Shown: positions 9,771-20,431, numbered from the stretch's first letter. The stretch: 49,178 nucleotides of DNA from Aulosira sp. ZfuVER01 (GCA_034530615.2 JAVRCV020000081.1:1-49178); one strand, 5' to 3'. Numbers and translations: made by a program. The notes: generated by a model not told the origin, from the sequence alone.

Positions 9771-10036
9771 CTTGCCAATTTAAATATAAGTAAATTTACG
9801 CTATTGAAAGCAGAAAACAGAGTAAAAATCACTCTTGATTAAATCATGTTTACACTATGACATCACAGTATAGTTTTGAGGTCAAAGTATTTACATAGTT
9901 TTTCCTTTGTACATATTTCATTAAAAGTCGGTGGGAAACTCCATCCTTGGGGCATGGGGCATAGGGCAAACAAGGAGTGTGGGAAGTGTGGGAGGATGGG
10001 GAAGACGGGGGGCTTTCAAGGGTAGGGAATTAAAAA

Positions 10037-11340
10037 TCAGGCAGTAGAGAGGGTAATTTGAAACACATTTATTTGTGGAGTCAAGTTTGGCCAAGGTTCA
10101 GGGAAAAAACCACCGATTGGTAATGGTAGGCGATTGAGAACGGCAGCCTTAATCACTAAAAACCCACAACGAAAACACGAGAGACAACGATGAAGAAAAC
10201 TATTTTTAAAATTGCGTCGAGCAACATGGGTCGGTGGTAGCTTATCTACACTACTAATGGGTAAATTTGCATCAACTTCTCCCTTACGGGTTCGGTAGTT
10301 GCTTTCCGACGCAAGGCGACAGGAACGCACTACCTCACCGCCAACACTCACTTGCCACAAAGTAGCGATGTCACAGACAAGCCGCTTTGCGTCTACGCAA
10401 TAGCTAACCAATGCCTTTCGGCACGTTGAGGATCTGTAATTTTAGTCCGATGCCAAGCAAAGCCACCGCGTTTACCGTCTTTAAACAGACACTCAATCCA
10501 AGAACGCATCGAATACCAGCAAGCATCGGCAACATCTGGAGGCAAATCGGTGATAATTAACCAAGGATCGGCATAACCCTGATCATGATGAGCTAACAAG
10601 GTACACTCAATCGAGTTGGTTTTAAAACAAGTTACCAAAGCTTGGAATGACTGACCAACTTTTGGCACAAGACTATTTATTGGTCGCCAAGAGTTCTCAC
10701 CTTGAATTTGAAACAGTCCTTGAAGGTTAATCCGCATGAACAGATGCCAACCAATACTCTTGATTTGTTGGTACAACCAATCTGCATAAAGTCCTCTGTC
10801 TGTGGTGACGATGACAAACCAATCTGCTGGAACTGTTTGACTGATATGGCGAAATAATTCTTGCCAATGAGGCTTCCAACTTCCGGGTTTGGTTGCTTCG
10901 ACTATTTTCCAGGCAATCGGGATTCCACAACCTCGGTAGACAACACTAATCGCTAACACGGTGAATCTATCGCTCAATGTGGAAGCATCTGCTGCCAATG
11001 CTAGCCGTTTGTCTGATTCTGTCCATAGGCATAAAATCCACGACAACAACGGACTAAAATCAAGATGTTACTTCCAACCAAGCCCGCCCATCTTTTGTTT
11101 TTGTTTTATCTTCTGCTTCTCTTAACCATTCCCGTAACTGCTGACGTACTGTATTTTTCTTTTTTCCCAATAGCTCTGCTCAAAACACCGAAACTGTTGT
11201 TAGTCCGCTTGATTGGGTCATGACTATCCCAAAACTCCACAAGCAGCTAGTACTACTGCTTGTGACTTGGACAGATGCGGCATCTTTTCTATAACTGTCC
11301 TCGTCCATTGTCTTAATTCCTCATTCTTTCCTAGCTGCAT
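10037..11340 (-). pseudogene. IS4-like DDE transposase pseudogene
   Basis: Starts MQLGKNEELRQW at 11340 and carries several frameshifts and stops. Fragments retain LAADAS, TDRGL and YSMRSWIECLFKDGK (YREK-type) motifs. Confidence 0.85.
10370..10395. repeat. SDR5-like 26-nt insertion in a HIP1 site
   Basis: GCGAT|gtcacagacaagccgctttgcgtcta|CGC. Removing it restores GCGATCGC and fuses the two transposase ORFs in frame. Confidence 0.75.
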
Positions 11341-11646
11341 TTTCCCTCCCACACCCTGACATTCTTCGCCGCATCTGCCTTAGTTATCTTTGCGGTCTGG
11401 CTTCAGTTCTGTATTTTACTGGCTATATTGCCCCTTTCTTACATCCCTACCCTTGAAAGTCCTCCTCATCCCCCTCATCCCCCTTGCCCCCTCTGCCTCA
11501 ATTTTCAAATTTCAGGGGAAATTGCGCCTATGTTGTTCGGTTATACGACTGTCATCAGCACGCAAATGACTATAACCTCGTAAGTGAGTAGTGAAATGAC
11601 TCACTTAGTTGCTGTAAGTCGCTTTCCAACCAAGGGGTGAAAACCT

Positions 11647-13062
11647 GTGTACGAATGGATATTGCCAAGTCTGAGAGAAATTTTAGCTGAAAGTCAGTCA
11701 ACCGTGGCTGAATGTTCCCCAGCAAAAGCAGAGTGGCAGTGGCGCATCAGCCTAGCAGCGACAGAACATTTGCTAATCAGTACTTTAGCAAATGCTGCAT
11801 CTGATGCCAGCCAAGGATTAGTCCTAGCCGCACCAGCACCCCTGTTTAGTCAACCAACACTGACTCAAAGCTTACAAACAGTAACATTCACAGCCAAGCC
11901 CTTTAATCCTTTGGCACTGATGCCATTTGAAATGCCGATACCTTTAGAAATGGCAGAGGAAATTGCTCCTCATGAATCAGTGCTACCCTTATTACCTGCC
12001 GATCCCTTAGGAACAGAGCAATTTTGCTTGGTATTTACAGATAAATTTAGATTAGTACTGGTTTTGGCAGAACACAAGAACGGCCAAAAAACGTTTTTAT
12101 TTTCCTTTGAACCAGAGGTAGTCCAGCAAGCTTGGCGTGCTTTAGGCGCAAGGGTAATGCTGACTAGCCCAGATTTTTTTGCTGATTTGGATGCATCAGT
12201 GCAAAAATTTGCTCCAGTGCCCCCAGATTACCGCACTATTATGCAGTTTAGTCAGTTGTTACTGCAAGAATTAGCACCAGAACCAGATAAGGAGAATGTC
12301 CCCGCTTCACCTCCTGTTGCTGTTCCTACATCTCCTAGTTCCCGTCCGGATGTTGAATTACTCCAGGCCTTTGCCCATGAAGTCCGGACTCCGTTAACTA
12401 CGATTCGCACCATGACTCGCTTACTACTGAAGCGGCGAGACTTACCTGCTAATGTAATTAGTCGTTTAGAAGTTATCGACCACGAGTGTACTGAGCAAAT
12501 CGATCGGATGGAGTTGCTATTTAAAGCAGCAGAACTAGAAACATCTAATCCAGCGAAGTCTGCACACACTCAACTAACGGCAATGTCTCTCGATCAAGTA
12601 TTGCAGCAAAGTATTCCGCGTTGGCAACAAGCAGCAAATCGCCGCAACTTAACGTTGGATGTGGTTTTACCCCAACAACTACCAACAGTAGTGAGTAACC
12701 CGACAATGTTAGACCGGGTACTGACTAACTTGATTGAGAATTTTACCCGCAGCTTACCTGCTGGTAGCCATATTCAAGTACAGGTAATCCCGGCGGGAGA
12801 TCAGCTGAAGTTACAATTATCGCCTCAACCTCAATGCACAGATACTAGTAAAGCTACTCCAGCAACAACTCCACCGATTCGCAAAGCTTTGGGTCAATTG
12901 CTCATGTTCCAACCAGAAACAGGTACGATTAGTCTTAATATTGCGGCAACTAAGCATTTGTTTCAAGCTATTGGTGGTAAGCTCATTGTGCGTCAGCGTC
13001 CACAATATGGGGAAGTAATGACTATTTTCTTACCCTTGGAAGTCAGTACGAAGCAATGGTAA
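11647..13062 (+). CDS. Sensor histidine kinase with degenerate ATP-binding domain (possibly Hik34-like)
   Basis: H-box FAHEVRTPLT and N-box VLTNLIEN are present. No DxGxG or GxGLG boxes. GTG start. Confidence 0.8.
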   Translation: MYEWILPSLREILAESQSTVAECSPAKAEWQWRISLAATEHLLISTLANAASDASQGLVLAAPAPLFSQPTLTQSLQTVTFTAKPFNPLALMPFEMPIPLEMAEEIAPHESVLPLLPADPLGTEQFCLVFTDKFRLVLVLAEHKNGQKTFLFSFEPEVVQQAWRALGARVMLTSPDFFADLDASVQKFAPVPPDYRTIMQFSQLLLQELAPEPDKENVPASPPVAVPTSPSSRPDVELLQAFAHEVRTPLTTIRTMTRLLLKRRDLPANVISRLEVIDHECTEQIDRMELLFKAAELETSNPAKSAHTQLTAMSLDQVLQQSIPRWQQAANRRNLTLDVVLPQQLPTVVSNPTMLDRVLTNLIENFTRSLPAGSHIQVQVIPAGDQLKLQLSPQPQCTDTSKATPATTPPIRKALGQLLMFQPETGTISLNIAATKHLFQAIGGKLIVRQRPQYGEVMTIFLPLEVSTKQW

Positions 13063-13144
13063 TTGTGGCGTTGCTTTAGCTTCAGAAGAAGTTTATTTAC
13101 CCTTAGCATGAAATTACGCTAGTCAAAATTGCGATCGTAGGTAA

Positions 13145-13236
13145 TACCAATTTGAAAAATGATTGCGAGAGATGGAAATCTGAAACGCTTATCCAATAGA
13201 TGTTTCACAATCTAAAATCTAAAATCCAAAATGGTA
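13145..13236. mobile_element. MITE with IS630-like ends and TA flanks
   Basis: TA-CCAATTTG...CAAAATGG-TA. The left end TAATACCAATT is identical to the IS630 end near 48528-48538. Confidence 0.6.
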
Positions 13237-13248
13237 TAACAGGTAAAA

Positions 13249-13375
13249 CCCGCATTTCTCACAAGCTTTAAGCGAAGAAAGAGCAGAGGAGCATAGGGGA
13301 AAGAACTTGTACAAGAACTCTCCCCTGCTCCCCTGCACAAGCGCAGGCTTTGAGAGGTCTGGTGAGAAATCCGGG
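13249..13375. mobile_element. MITE (~127 bp)
   Basis: Terminal inverted repeats CCCGCATTTCTCAC / GTGAGAAATCCGGG (13/14 match) with an internal GCAGAGGAGC/CCCCTGCT hairpin. Confidence 0.65.
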
Positions 13376-13398
13376 AAAAACCCATGACCTATCACCGT

Positions 13399-16300
13399 TT
13401 ACCTATTTGCCAAATATTGATACATCTGCCAACGTGCATCTACTTCCGCTTGCGCTTGTTCTAGCAGTTGTTTCGCAACTTCTGGCTTACTCTTAGTGAG
13501 CATTTTGAAGCGATTTTCTTGATACATTGATTGCTCTACCGATTGCTTAGGCGCTTTCATATCCAATTGCAAGGGATTCTTACCATCTTTGTGTAACTCA
13601 GGGTTATATCGATACAGCAACCAACGACCTGATTCTACCAGTGCTTTTTGCTGATTCATGCCTGTGGTCATGTTAATCCCGTGGGCGATGCAATGGCTGT
13701 AAGCAATAATCAACGATGGGCCGTTGAATGCTTCGGCTTCCAAAAATGCTCTCAGGGTATGTTCATCTCTTGCACCCAAAGCTACACTTGCTACGTAGAC
13801 ATTACCGTAGGTCATGGCGATTAAACCTAAGTCTTTTTTGGGCGCAGGCTTACCATTGGCGGCAAATTTTGCTACGGCTGCTTTTGGGGTAGCTTTTGAT
13901 GATTGTCCGCCTGTGTTGGAATATACCTCTGTATCCATAACCAAGATATTCACATTGCGACCACTGGCTAAAACATGGTCGATACCGCCAAAGTCAATAT
14001 CATAAGCCCAGCCGTCACCGCCAACAATCCAAACGCTTTTTTTGACGAGGTAATCTGCGATCGCTTTGAGTGTTTGGATTTGGGATTTAAGATTGAGGTC
14101 TGTTGCAGAATTGATGATTTCATCTAGTCGTTTTTTCAACAACTCTACTCGTTCCCGCTGTTCCCAAATGTCAGCTTCGGTGTTTTGCGTGGCGTTGAGG
14201 ATAGAGTTAATTAGGTTATCGTCGATTTTACTGCTCAATTTTTGCAGTAGTTCCGCCGCAAATTCCGCTTGTTTATCTAAAGAAAGGCGGAAGCCATAAC
14301 CAAATTCGGCGTTATCTTCAAATAAACTATTAGACCATGCTGGGCCTCTTCCTTCGGCGTTGGTTGTCCAGGGGGTTGTGGGTAAATTTCCGCCGTAGAT
14401 GGAAGAACAACCGGTAGCATTGGCAATGACTGAGCGATCGCCAAACAGTTGGGTTAATAATTTTAAATAGGGTGTCTCGCCACAACCAGCACAAGCACCA
14501 GAAAATTCAAATAATGGTTCTTGTAGTTGTTGTTGGCGAATTTGGGTGAGTTTCAGTTGTCTGCGGTCGGGATTAGGCAAACTTAAGAAGAAATCCCAGT
14601 TTTTGCGCTCTTGTTCCCGCAAAGGTAACTGCTGTGCCATATTAATGGCTTTTTTCAACGGCTCAGATTTATTTTTGGCTGGGCACACATTCACACAAAT
14701 GACGCAGCCTGTACAATCTTCTGGGGCTACTTGAATGGTAAATTTTTGATTGGCAAAGTCTCTATCTTTCGCATCAACAGACTTAAAGCTTGTCGGTGCA
14801 TTAACTAATTCACTAGATTGATACGCCTTAGCACGGATGGCACTGTGGGGACAAACCATCACACATTTACCACATTGTACGCAGACATCTCCATCCCATA
14901 CAGGAATTTCTTCGGCTACGTTGCGTTTTTCCCATTTGGTTGTACCTGTGGGAAATGTGCCGTCAGGTGGTAGCGTACTTACAGGTAAATCATCACCTTC
15001 CCATACCATGATTTTACTGAGGACTTCGCGGACAAATTCCGGGGCGCTGTCCAGCAATTGTGGATTTTCGCTTTGGGATTTGGGATGGTGAATTGTCTGG
15101 GGGATGTCTACTTTATATAAGTTAGCCAGGGTGTTGTCTACGGCTTGCAGATTCATGCGGACAACTTCCGCGCCTTTTTTACCGTAGGTTTTCTCAATCG
15201 CTTGTTTGATTTTAGCGATCGCTTCTTCTTGTGGTAAGACATTAGCTAAGGCAAAGAAGCACACCTGCATAATTGTGTTAATCCTACCGCCCATACCACT
15301 ACTACGGGCAACCTGGTTAGCATTAATCACGTATAACTTCAGGTGCTTGTCGATAATTTGCTGCTGTACCTTCACAGGTAACTGTTTCCAAACAGTATCC
15401 GCATCATAGGGACTGTTAACTAAAATAGTCGCCCCAGGAATCGCCGCTTTGAGAATGTCAATGTTTTCTAAAAATCCCCAATGATGACAACCAATAAAAT
15501 TGGCTTTGTCAATTAGGTAGGTTGACCGAATTGGCTGGAGTCCGAAGCGCAGGTGAGAAACTGTCATCGAACCAGATTTCTTGGAGTCGTAGACAAAGTA
15601 ACCTTGGGCGTAGTTGTCTGTTTCTTCACCAATAATCTTAATGGAGTTTTTGTTAGCGCCTACTGTACCATCAGAACCTAACCCGTAGAACATCGCCCGG
15701 ACAACGTTATCAGGTTCGGTTGAGAAGTTAGGATCAAAATTCAAGGATGTATGGCTAACATCGTCATTAATACCGATAGTAAAATGATTTTTCGGTGCAG
15801 GTAAAGCGAGATTGTCGAAAATCCCCTTCACCATCGCCGGGGTAAATTCTTTCGAGGAAAGACCGTAGCGACCACAGATGATTTTGGGAGATGAAGGAGA
15901 TGAGGCTTTCCCTGCTCCCCATCCCTCATGAATTGCAGCTACCACATCCAAATAAAGTGGCTCCCCGGCGCTACCTGGTTCTTTGGTGCGGTCGAGGACG
16001 GCGATCGCTTTTACACTATTAGGTAAGACTGCGACAAATCTTTCTACATCAAAGGGGCGATAAAGTCGCACTTTCACAACACCGACTTTTTCCCGCTGGT
16101 TGTTGAGGTAATCTACTGTTTCATGGACAGTTTCACAGCCGGAACCCATAATGACAATCACGCGCTCGGCATCTGGTGCGCCATGATATTCATAGATTTG
16201 ATAATACCTGCCCGTGCGATCGCCAAATTGATCCATGATACGCTGGACAATTTCGGGAGTAGCGCTGTAGTAAGGGTTAGCGCCTTCACGAGATTGGAAG

Positions 16301-16977
16301 TAAATATCGGGGTTTTGGGCTGTACCCCTGAGTACTGGGCGGTCTGGGGTGAGGGCGCGGGCGCGGTGGGCTAATATGAGATTGTCGTTGATGAGCGATC
16401 GCAAATCATCATCAGAAAGTAGTTTCACTTTCTGCACTTCATGAGAGGTGCGGAAGCCGTCAAAGAAGTGCATAAATGGCACTCGCGCCTCTAAAGTTGC
16501 AGCATAGGCAATAAGGGCAAAATCAAGATTCTCCTGTACTGAAGCTGAACACAGCAGCGCAAAGCCTGTAGCGCGGGCTGCCATCACATCGCTATGATCG
16601 CCGAAAATTGATAAGGCATGGGTAGCTAAAGAACGTGCAGCGACGTGAATTGTGGCGCTTGTTAATTCCCCAGCAATTTTGTAGAGATTGGGTATCATCA
16701 ACAATAATCCCTGAGATGCAGTGAAGGTAGTACTCAGGGAACCCGTTTGCAACGCCCCATGCACCGCACCAGCCGCGCCACCTTCACTTTGCATCTGCAC
16801 GACACTGGGAACAGTACCCCAAAGATTCGCACGGCCTTCAGCTGACCAAGCATCCGCCCATTCACCCATTGTTGAAGAGGGGGTAATCGGGTAAATAGCA
16901 ATTACTTCATTTAATTTGTAAGCAATACGGGAGACAGCTTCATTCCCGTCAATAGTAGCAAAAATTTTGTTCATCAT
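13399..16977 (-). CDS. nifJ: Pyruvate:ferredoxin (flavodoxin) oxidoreductase
   Basis: DGNEA, YPITPS, GLGSDGTVGANKN, two 4Fe-4S motifs (CVQCGKC..CP, CTGCVICVNVCP), FSGACAGCGET and GGDGWAYDI. Confidence 0.97.
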   Translation of the reverse strand: MMNKIFATIDGNEAVSRIAYKLNEVIAIYPITPSSTMGEWADAWSAEGRANLWGTVPSVVQMQSEGGAAGAVHGALQTGSLSTTFTASQGLLLMIPNLYKIAGELTSATIHVAARSLATHALSIFGDHSDVMAARATGFALLCSASVQENLDFALIAYAATLEARVPFMHFFDGFRTSHEVQKVKLLSDDDLRSLINDNLILAHRARALTPDRPVLRGTAQNPDIYFQSREGANPYYSATPEIVQRIMDQFGDRTGRYYQIYEYHGAPDAERVIVIMGSGCETVHETVDYLNNQREKVGVVKVRLYRPFDVERFVAVLPNSVKAIAVLDRTKEPGSAGEPLYLDVVAAIHEGWGAGKASSPSSPKIICGRYGLSSKEFTPAMVKGIFDNLALPAPKNHFTIGINDDVSHTSLNFDPNFSTEPDNVVRAMFYGLGSDGTVGANKNSIKIIGEETDNYAQGYFVYDSKKSGSMTVSHLRFGLQPIRSTYLIDKANFIGCHHWGFLENIDILKAAIPGATILVNSPYDADTVWKQLPVKVQQQIIDKHLKLYVINANQVARSSGMGGRINTIMQVCFFALANVLPQEEAIAKIKQAIEKTYGKKGAEVVRMNLQAVDNTLANLYKVDIPQTIHHPKSQSENPQLLDSAPEFVREVLSKIMVWEGDDLPVSTLPPDGTFPTGTTKWEKRNVAEEIPVWDGDVCVQCGKCVMVCPHSAIRAKAYQSSELVNAPTSFKSVDAKDRDFANQKFTIQVAPEDCTGCVICVNVCPAKNKSEPLKKAINMAQQLPLREQERKNWDFFLSLPNPDRRQLKLTQIRQQQLQEPLFEFSGACAGCGETPYLKLLTQLFGDRSVIANATGCSSIYGGNLPTTPWTTNAEGRGPAWSNSLFEDNAEFGYGFRLSLDKQAEFAAELLQKLSSKIDDNLINSILNATQNTEADIWEQRERVELLKKRLDEIINSATDLNLKSQIQTLKAIADYLVKKSVWIVGGDGWAYDIDFGGIDHVLASGRNVNILVMDTEVYSNTGGQSSKATPKAAVAKFAANGKPAPKKDLGLIAMTYGNVYVASVALGARDEHTLRAFLEAEAFNGPSLIIAYSHCIAHGINMTTGMNQQKALVESGRWLLYRYNPELHKDGKNPLQLDMKAPKQSVEQSMYQENRFKMLTKSKPEVAKQLLEQAQAEVDARWQMYQYLANR

Positions 16978-17086
16978 TTACTCCTGCCTTGTCAGCCAGA
17001 TGCGAAAATATCCACATTGCTCAGTAGAGGGGCATAAATAAACGTCAAGAGTCCATAATGTGGACTCTTTTCTTCCAGCCATTTAA

Positions 17087-17248
17087 GAGGTTGTTTTAAA
17101 AGTGGTTAGCTGTGATTTTAGATACTAATTGATCCCCCCTACCCCTTTTAAAAAGGGGGAAAACTGAATCAAAGTCCCCCTTTTTAAGGGGGATTTAGGG
17201 GGATCTAAAAGTATTTGATACATCATTAGGGACTTTTCAAACATCCTC
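17087..17248. mobile_element. MITE with IS5/IS1031-type ends upstream of nifJ
   Basis: Inverted repeats AGAGGTTGTTTTAAAAGT / ACTTTTCAAACATCCTCT (16/18), TAA on both sides (17084-86, 17249-51), and internal CCCCC..GGGGG hairpins. Confidence 0.75.
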
Positions 17249-17755
17249 TAAAACTAGGTTTTATCTATAATTGCCTGCTACTCAAAATTATGGGAATGCA
17301 TGGATAGAAGAATTAGAGTTAACAAATCCCAGGCAATAGAATTTCTGAATATTCTCTTTTAAAGAACTGTCTTCTGCCAAAAGTTAAATTACAATATTTT
17401 TGACAGATTTTAGTTCTAGATTTATCTCTAATCCCTATATAATTATCTCACAAGAGATTTTACGTTATTTTAAATATATTAATACTGTACTCAAGTGGAC
17501 TCAAACCCCTTGGGCTATGCATTTCTAGCAAATTATTGATGATTTTGGGGTATAGGTACGAGAATTAATTATCTGGGATTTCTCGACATTTAACCAACGG
17601 CACGAGAAATTTTTTATCTATTCTATAGCAATCCTAGCTTATTTGTGAACAACAAAATAGGATAACTTGTCCATTGCTTTATAAAGTTATATGGTAAATT
17701 CCAGGTCAATATCTAGCTTCAGGAATGAGTTTTACTAAAATTGTGCCAGCTTCTC

Positions 17756-20251
17756 TTACTGCTGCTGACTTTTTTCTTGAAGGAGCGATCGCCAATCAGC
17801 AATTGCTTTTTCTGTCCACAACCAATTATTACTTAATTTATTTACCTGGAAGTTTAGCGGATCATCCTTCATCACCATTTGGCGAAGTTTGATCGCTTCA
17901 TTCATATATTGAGATTGTTTATCAGTCGATTGTTTAGATGCAGATTTATACAAACCCAGAGCCAAACCTGCATAGGAAGTTAAAGCATCCTTAGGTATGG
18001 TTGCTGATTTTATAGATGCTGATGTAGAACTAGTAAGGTTCTGTTGTTTCAAAGCTAAATTTAAAGCCTTAAACCAAGAGTCATTAGCTTTATTTAAATT
18101 TTCTTCAGCGTAGTAAGCAAACCCCAAGGCATTGTTATACAAAAACGAATCTGGGTCAGCTTGTACAGCACTTTCCCAGTAACGGCGAGCATCATCAACG
18201 CTATATTTTTTATCTTTAATTTGGACGAATTGCCAAGCTAATCTTCCTTTAAAAAAGTTGACAGCGGGATTATTGGCTTGCTTTTGCGGCACAAGATTTA
18301 AAGCTGCTTGCGCAGGCGGAAGTGCGCCACGGTTAAGTAGTTCTTCTACAGCCTCTAGTCCACCTTGCAAATCACCTTGGCTCAATTTTTCTGTAGCAGT
18401 AGCACTAACAATTCCAGTTGCAGCCGTCTTTAAATCGATAGGAGGTTGATTTTCGGCTGTGATTGACTGGGTAGGAATTGCTGGGATGTCTGGTAATCTT
18501 GCAAATGGGCGATTTTGCCACCAATTCAGACCAACAATCACTGCGATCGCACTTGCTCCCACCATCCCAACAATAGGCCAAATCTGGCGTCGGTGGCGTC
18601 GTTTTGCGGAGAATTGTTGTGAGCGTCCAGAAGCGGAATCATGCCAATCGTTGGCAAAAGTTGTTGAGGTTTCAGTTGATGCGATCGGATTTTCTTCCCA
18701 AAAGCTGGCTTCCTGATCCGGAACAGCCATCTCCTGAGAAACTTGTCTTGACCGTAGACCACTGTCATTTATTTGCTGCACAAGTTCCGCAGTCATAGGA
18801 GATTGCTCAGATGTTCCATTTTGATGATCTAGCTGGCGAAACAAATCGGAAACCAGAGCTGAATCTTCTGCATAGCTTGGGTCATCATACTCAATTTCAT
18901 CAACGAGATCGCCCCAGGTTTCCTCTCCTAGCCAATCCAAACCCGAAGATTCCCTTGCTGCTAAACCAGAGGGGATCATATCATCCATTGCTAAAGGCAT
19001 CTCAGACTCATCTGCTACAGCAGAGTACATCGCAGTTTGATTTGCTCTTAAAGCTGGATTGTAATCATTCAACATCTCTCCACTTTCAGGAAGTTCTGGG
19101 CTGAGAAAACCGTCAAATTCCGGTTGCAGATAGAGAATTGGTAACGCCCAGTACATCTGGTGAGAACCGTAGGCAGAAATTAATCCCTGGCGTACCCGAC
19201 TTACGCATAAATCCACAGGATAGCCCTGATTCAGGTTGCGATAAAACAGTTGTGTGAGTGTCAGCGCTACTTCATCAGGGATTCGCTCTGACATCGCTAA
19301 CACACTTCTGATACCGCGTTTGACCAAACTTTCTGTGAGGTTACGTTCTCCTGTTTCTTCAGTAGTATCAGAGTTAGCTCTGTATGCGCCCAAACAGGAG
19401 TTAAACACTGCCATTTGGATATTATTGTTGACGAGCAAGCCTGCCAAATCGTCTCCACTTAAGGTTTCCGTTAAACCAGTTCTGCTACTAACCAGATAAA
19501 TTTCACCGCCATTGGCACCTAAGTTACTATGACCAGAGTAGTGCAGAACATGGTATCGCCCTTGTTCCAGCGCCTGCGTTAATTCTTCCCGCCCTGGTTG
19601 GTCTAGCAATGTAAGTTCTATATCTGGAACATAATTGCCACTTTCAGCAACTCGCGGTACATAGCGGTTAAGTTCTGCTTGGAGTTTGATGGCCTCATGT
19701 TTGAGCAAATCGAGACGGGCTTGATCCGTAGGAGACGCAATCACCATCAATACTTTGACGCCGCCTTCTTCTAGCGGTTGGGGTATATTTTTCGATGGCA
19801 AACGAGAAGGTGGCAGAATCCCATTTTGGTAGCGAGAAAAAGCGACATAAGGCCCAGTGGCTAGAGGACGATCCCCTGCGTGCATTACTTCCCAAGGCAA
19901 ACGAGCTAATCTAGTGTCTTTTAGCCCTAAACGTAAGCGCAGTACCTGTTGGTGGTTCTGGGCAATACCTTGTGCTGTAATCCAACTATCTCTGAGAGTG
20001 CCTTGAAACAGTGCATTATAAAGTTGCTGACCCAACGCCACTAGGTTTACAGAGTTTCTTGCGAACGCATCCCCTTGCAATACTGACTTCAACGGGTCAT
20101 TCATCAGATGCCCAGCCGCAGCTAACCAATCAGCTACAGGCCAAGTCACCAGTTCTTCTGCCAATGGCACCCCAGGCGCGACTTGTTCCGTCCGCACCAA
20201 GTAGTCATTTTGCCCTACTGGGGTTACGGAAATGTGAAATTCCTGGGTCAC
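17756..20251 (-). CDS. hetF: Heterocyst differentiation / cell-division protease HetF (CHAT domain)
   Basis: MTQEFHISVTPVG N-terminus, CHAT motifs LPWE, HYSGHS and VFNSCLG (His/Cys dyad), acidic linker, TM helix and TPR-like C-terminus. Lies next to the NsiR1-type array. Confidence 0.93.
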   Translation of the reverse strand: MTQEFHISVTPVGQNDYLVRTEQVAPGVPLAEELVTWPVADWLAAAGHLMNDPLKSVLQGDAFARNSVNLVALGQQLYNALFQGTLRDSWITAQGIAQNHQQVLRLRLGLKDTRLARLPWEVMHAGDRPLATGPYVAFSRYQNGILPPSRLPSKNIPQPLEEGGVKVLMVIASPTDQARLDLLKHEAIKLQAELNRYVPRVAESGNYVPDIELTLLDQPGREELTQALEQGRYHVLHYSGHSNLGANGGEIYLVSSRTGLTETLSGDDLAGLLVNNNIQMAVFNSCLGAYRANSDTTEETGERNLTESLVKRGIRSVLAMSERIPDEVALTLTQLFYRNLNQGYPVDLCVSRVRQGLISAYGSHQMYWALPILYLQPEFDGFLSPELPESGEMLNDYNPALRANQTAMYSAVADESEMPLAMDDMIPSGLAARESSGLDWLGEETWGDLVDEIEYDDPSYAEDSALVSDLFRQLDHQNGTSEQSPMTAELVQQINDSGLRSRQVSQEMAVPDQEASFWEENPIASTETSTTFANDWHDSASGRSQQFSAKRRHRRQIWPIVGMVGASAIAVIVGLNWWQNRPFARLPDIPAIPTQSITAENQPPIDLKTAATGIVSATATEKLSQGDLQGGLEAVEELLNRGALPPAQAALNLVPQKQANNPAVNFFKGRLAWQFVQIKDKKYSVDDARRYWESAVQADPDSFLYNNALGFAYYAEENLNKANDSWFKALNLALKQQNLTSSTSASIKSATIPKDALTSYAGLALGLYKSASKQSTDKQSQYMNEAIKLRQMVMKDDPLNFQVNKLSNNWLWTEKAIADWRSLLQEKSQQQ

Positions 20252-20431
20252 AACTTTTCCTACTCGCCTCCTGAATCTGGTTTGAAACGCGAAAGTTTCA
20301 AGTCGATTTTTCGCTTCTTCTGATACCTTAGATGCATCTTGCCACCGAATGTTTCTGATTTCTCGTTATTTTACTTTTTTGGCTTTGACAACTTTATCCG
20401 GATTCTTTGGCATCGAAGTAGAACACTTTAT

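Larger units (their letters stand above)
10013..11459 (-). mobile_element. Degenerate IS4-like insertion sequence (~1.45 kb)
   Basis: Perfect 16-bp terminal inverted repeats CTTTCAAGGGTAGGGA (10013-10028 and 11444-11459) enclose DDE transposase fragments. Confidence 0.85.

Noticed and set aside
12345..12390. Two TCCGGA motifs inside the histidine kinase
   Set aside because: They are explained by codons (RPD, VRT) and lack the downstream element and sRNA body seen in the array.
13814..20274. Short antisense or alternative-frame ORFs inside nifJ and hetF (and similar ones in other long genes)
   Set aside because: These are shadow ORFs of well-supported genes with no independent motifs.
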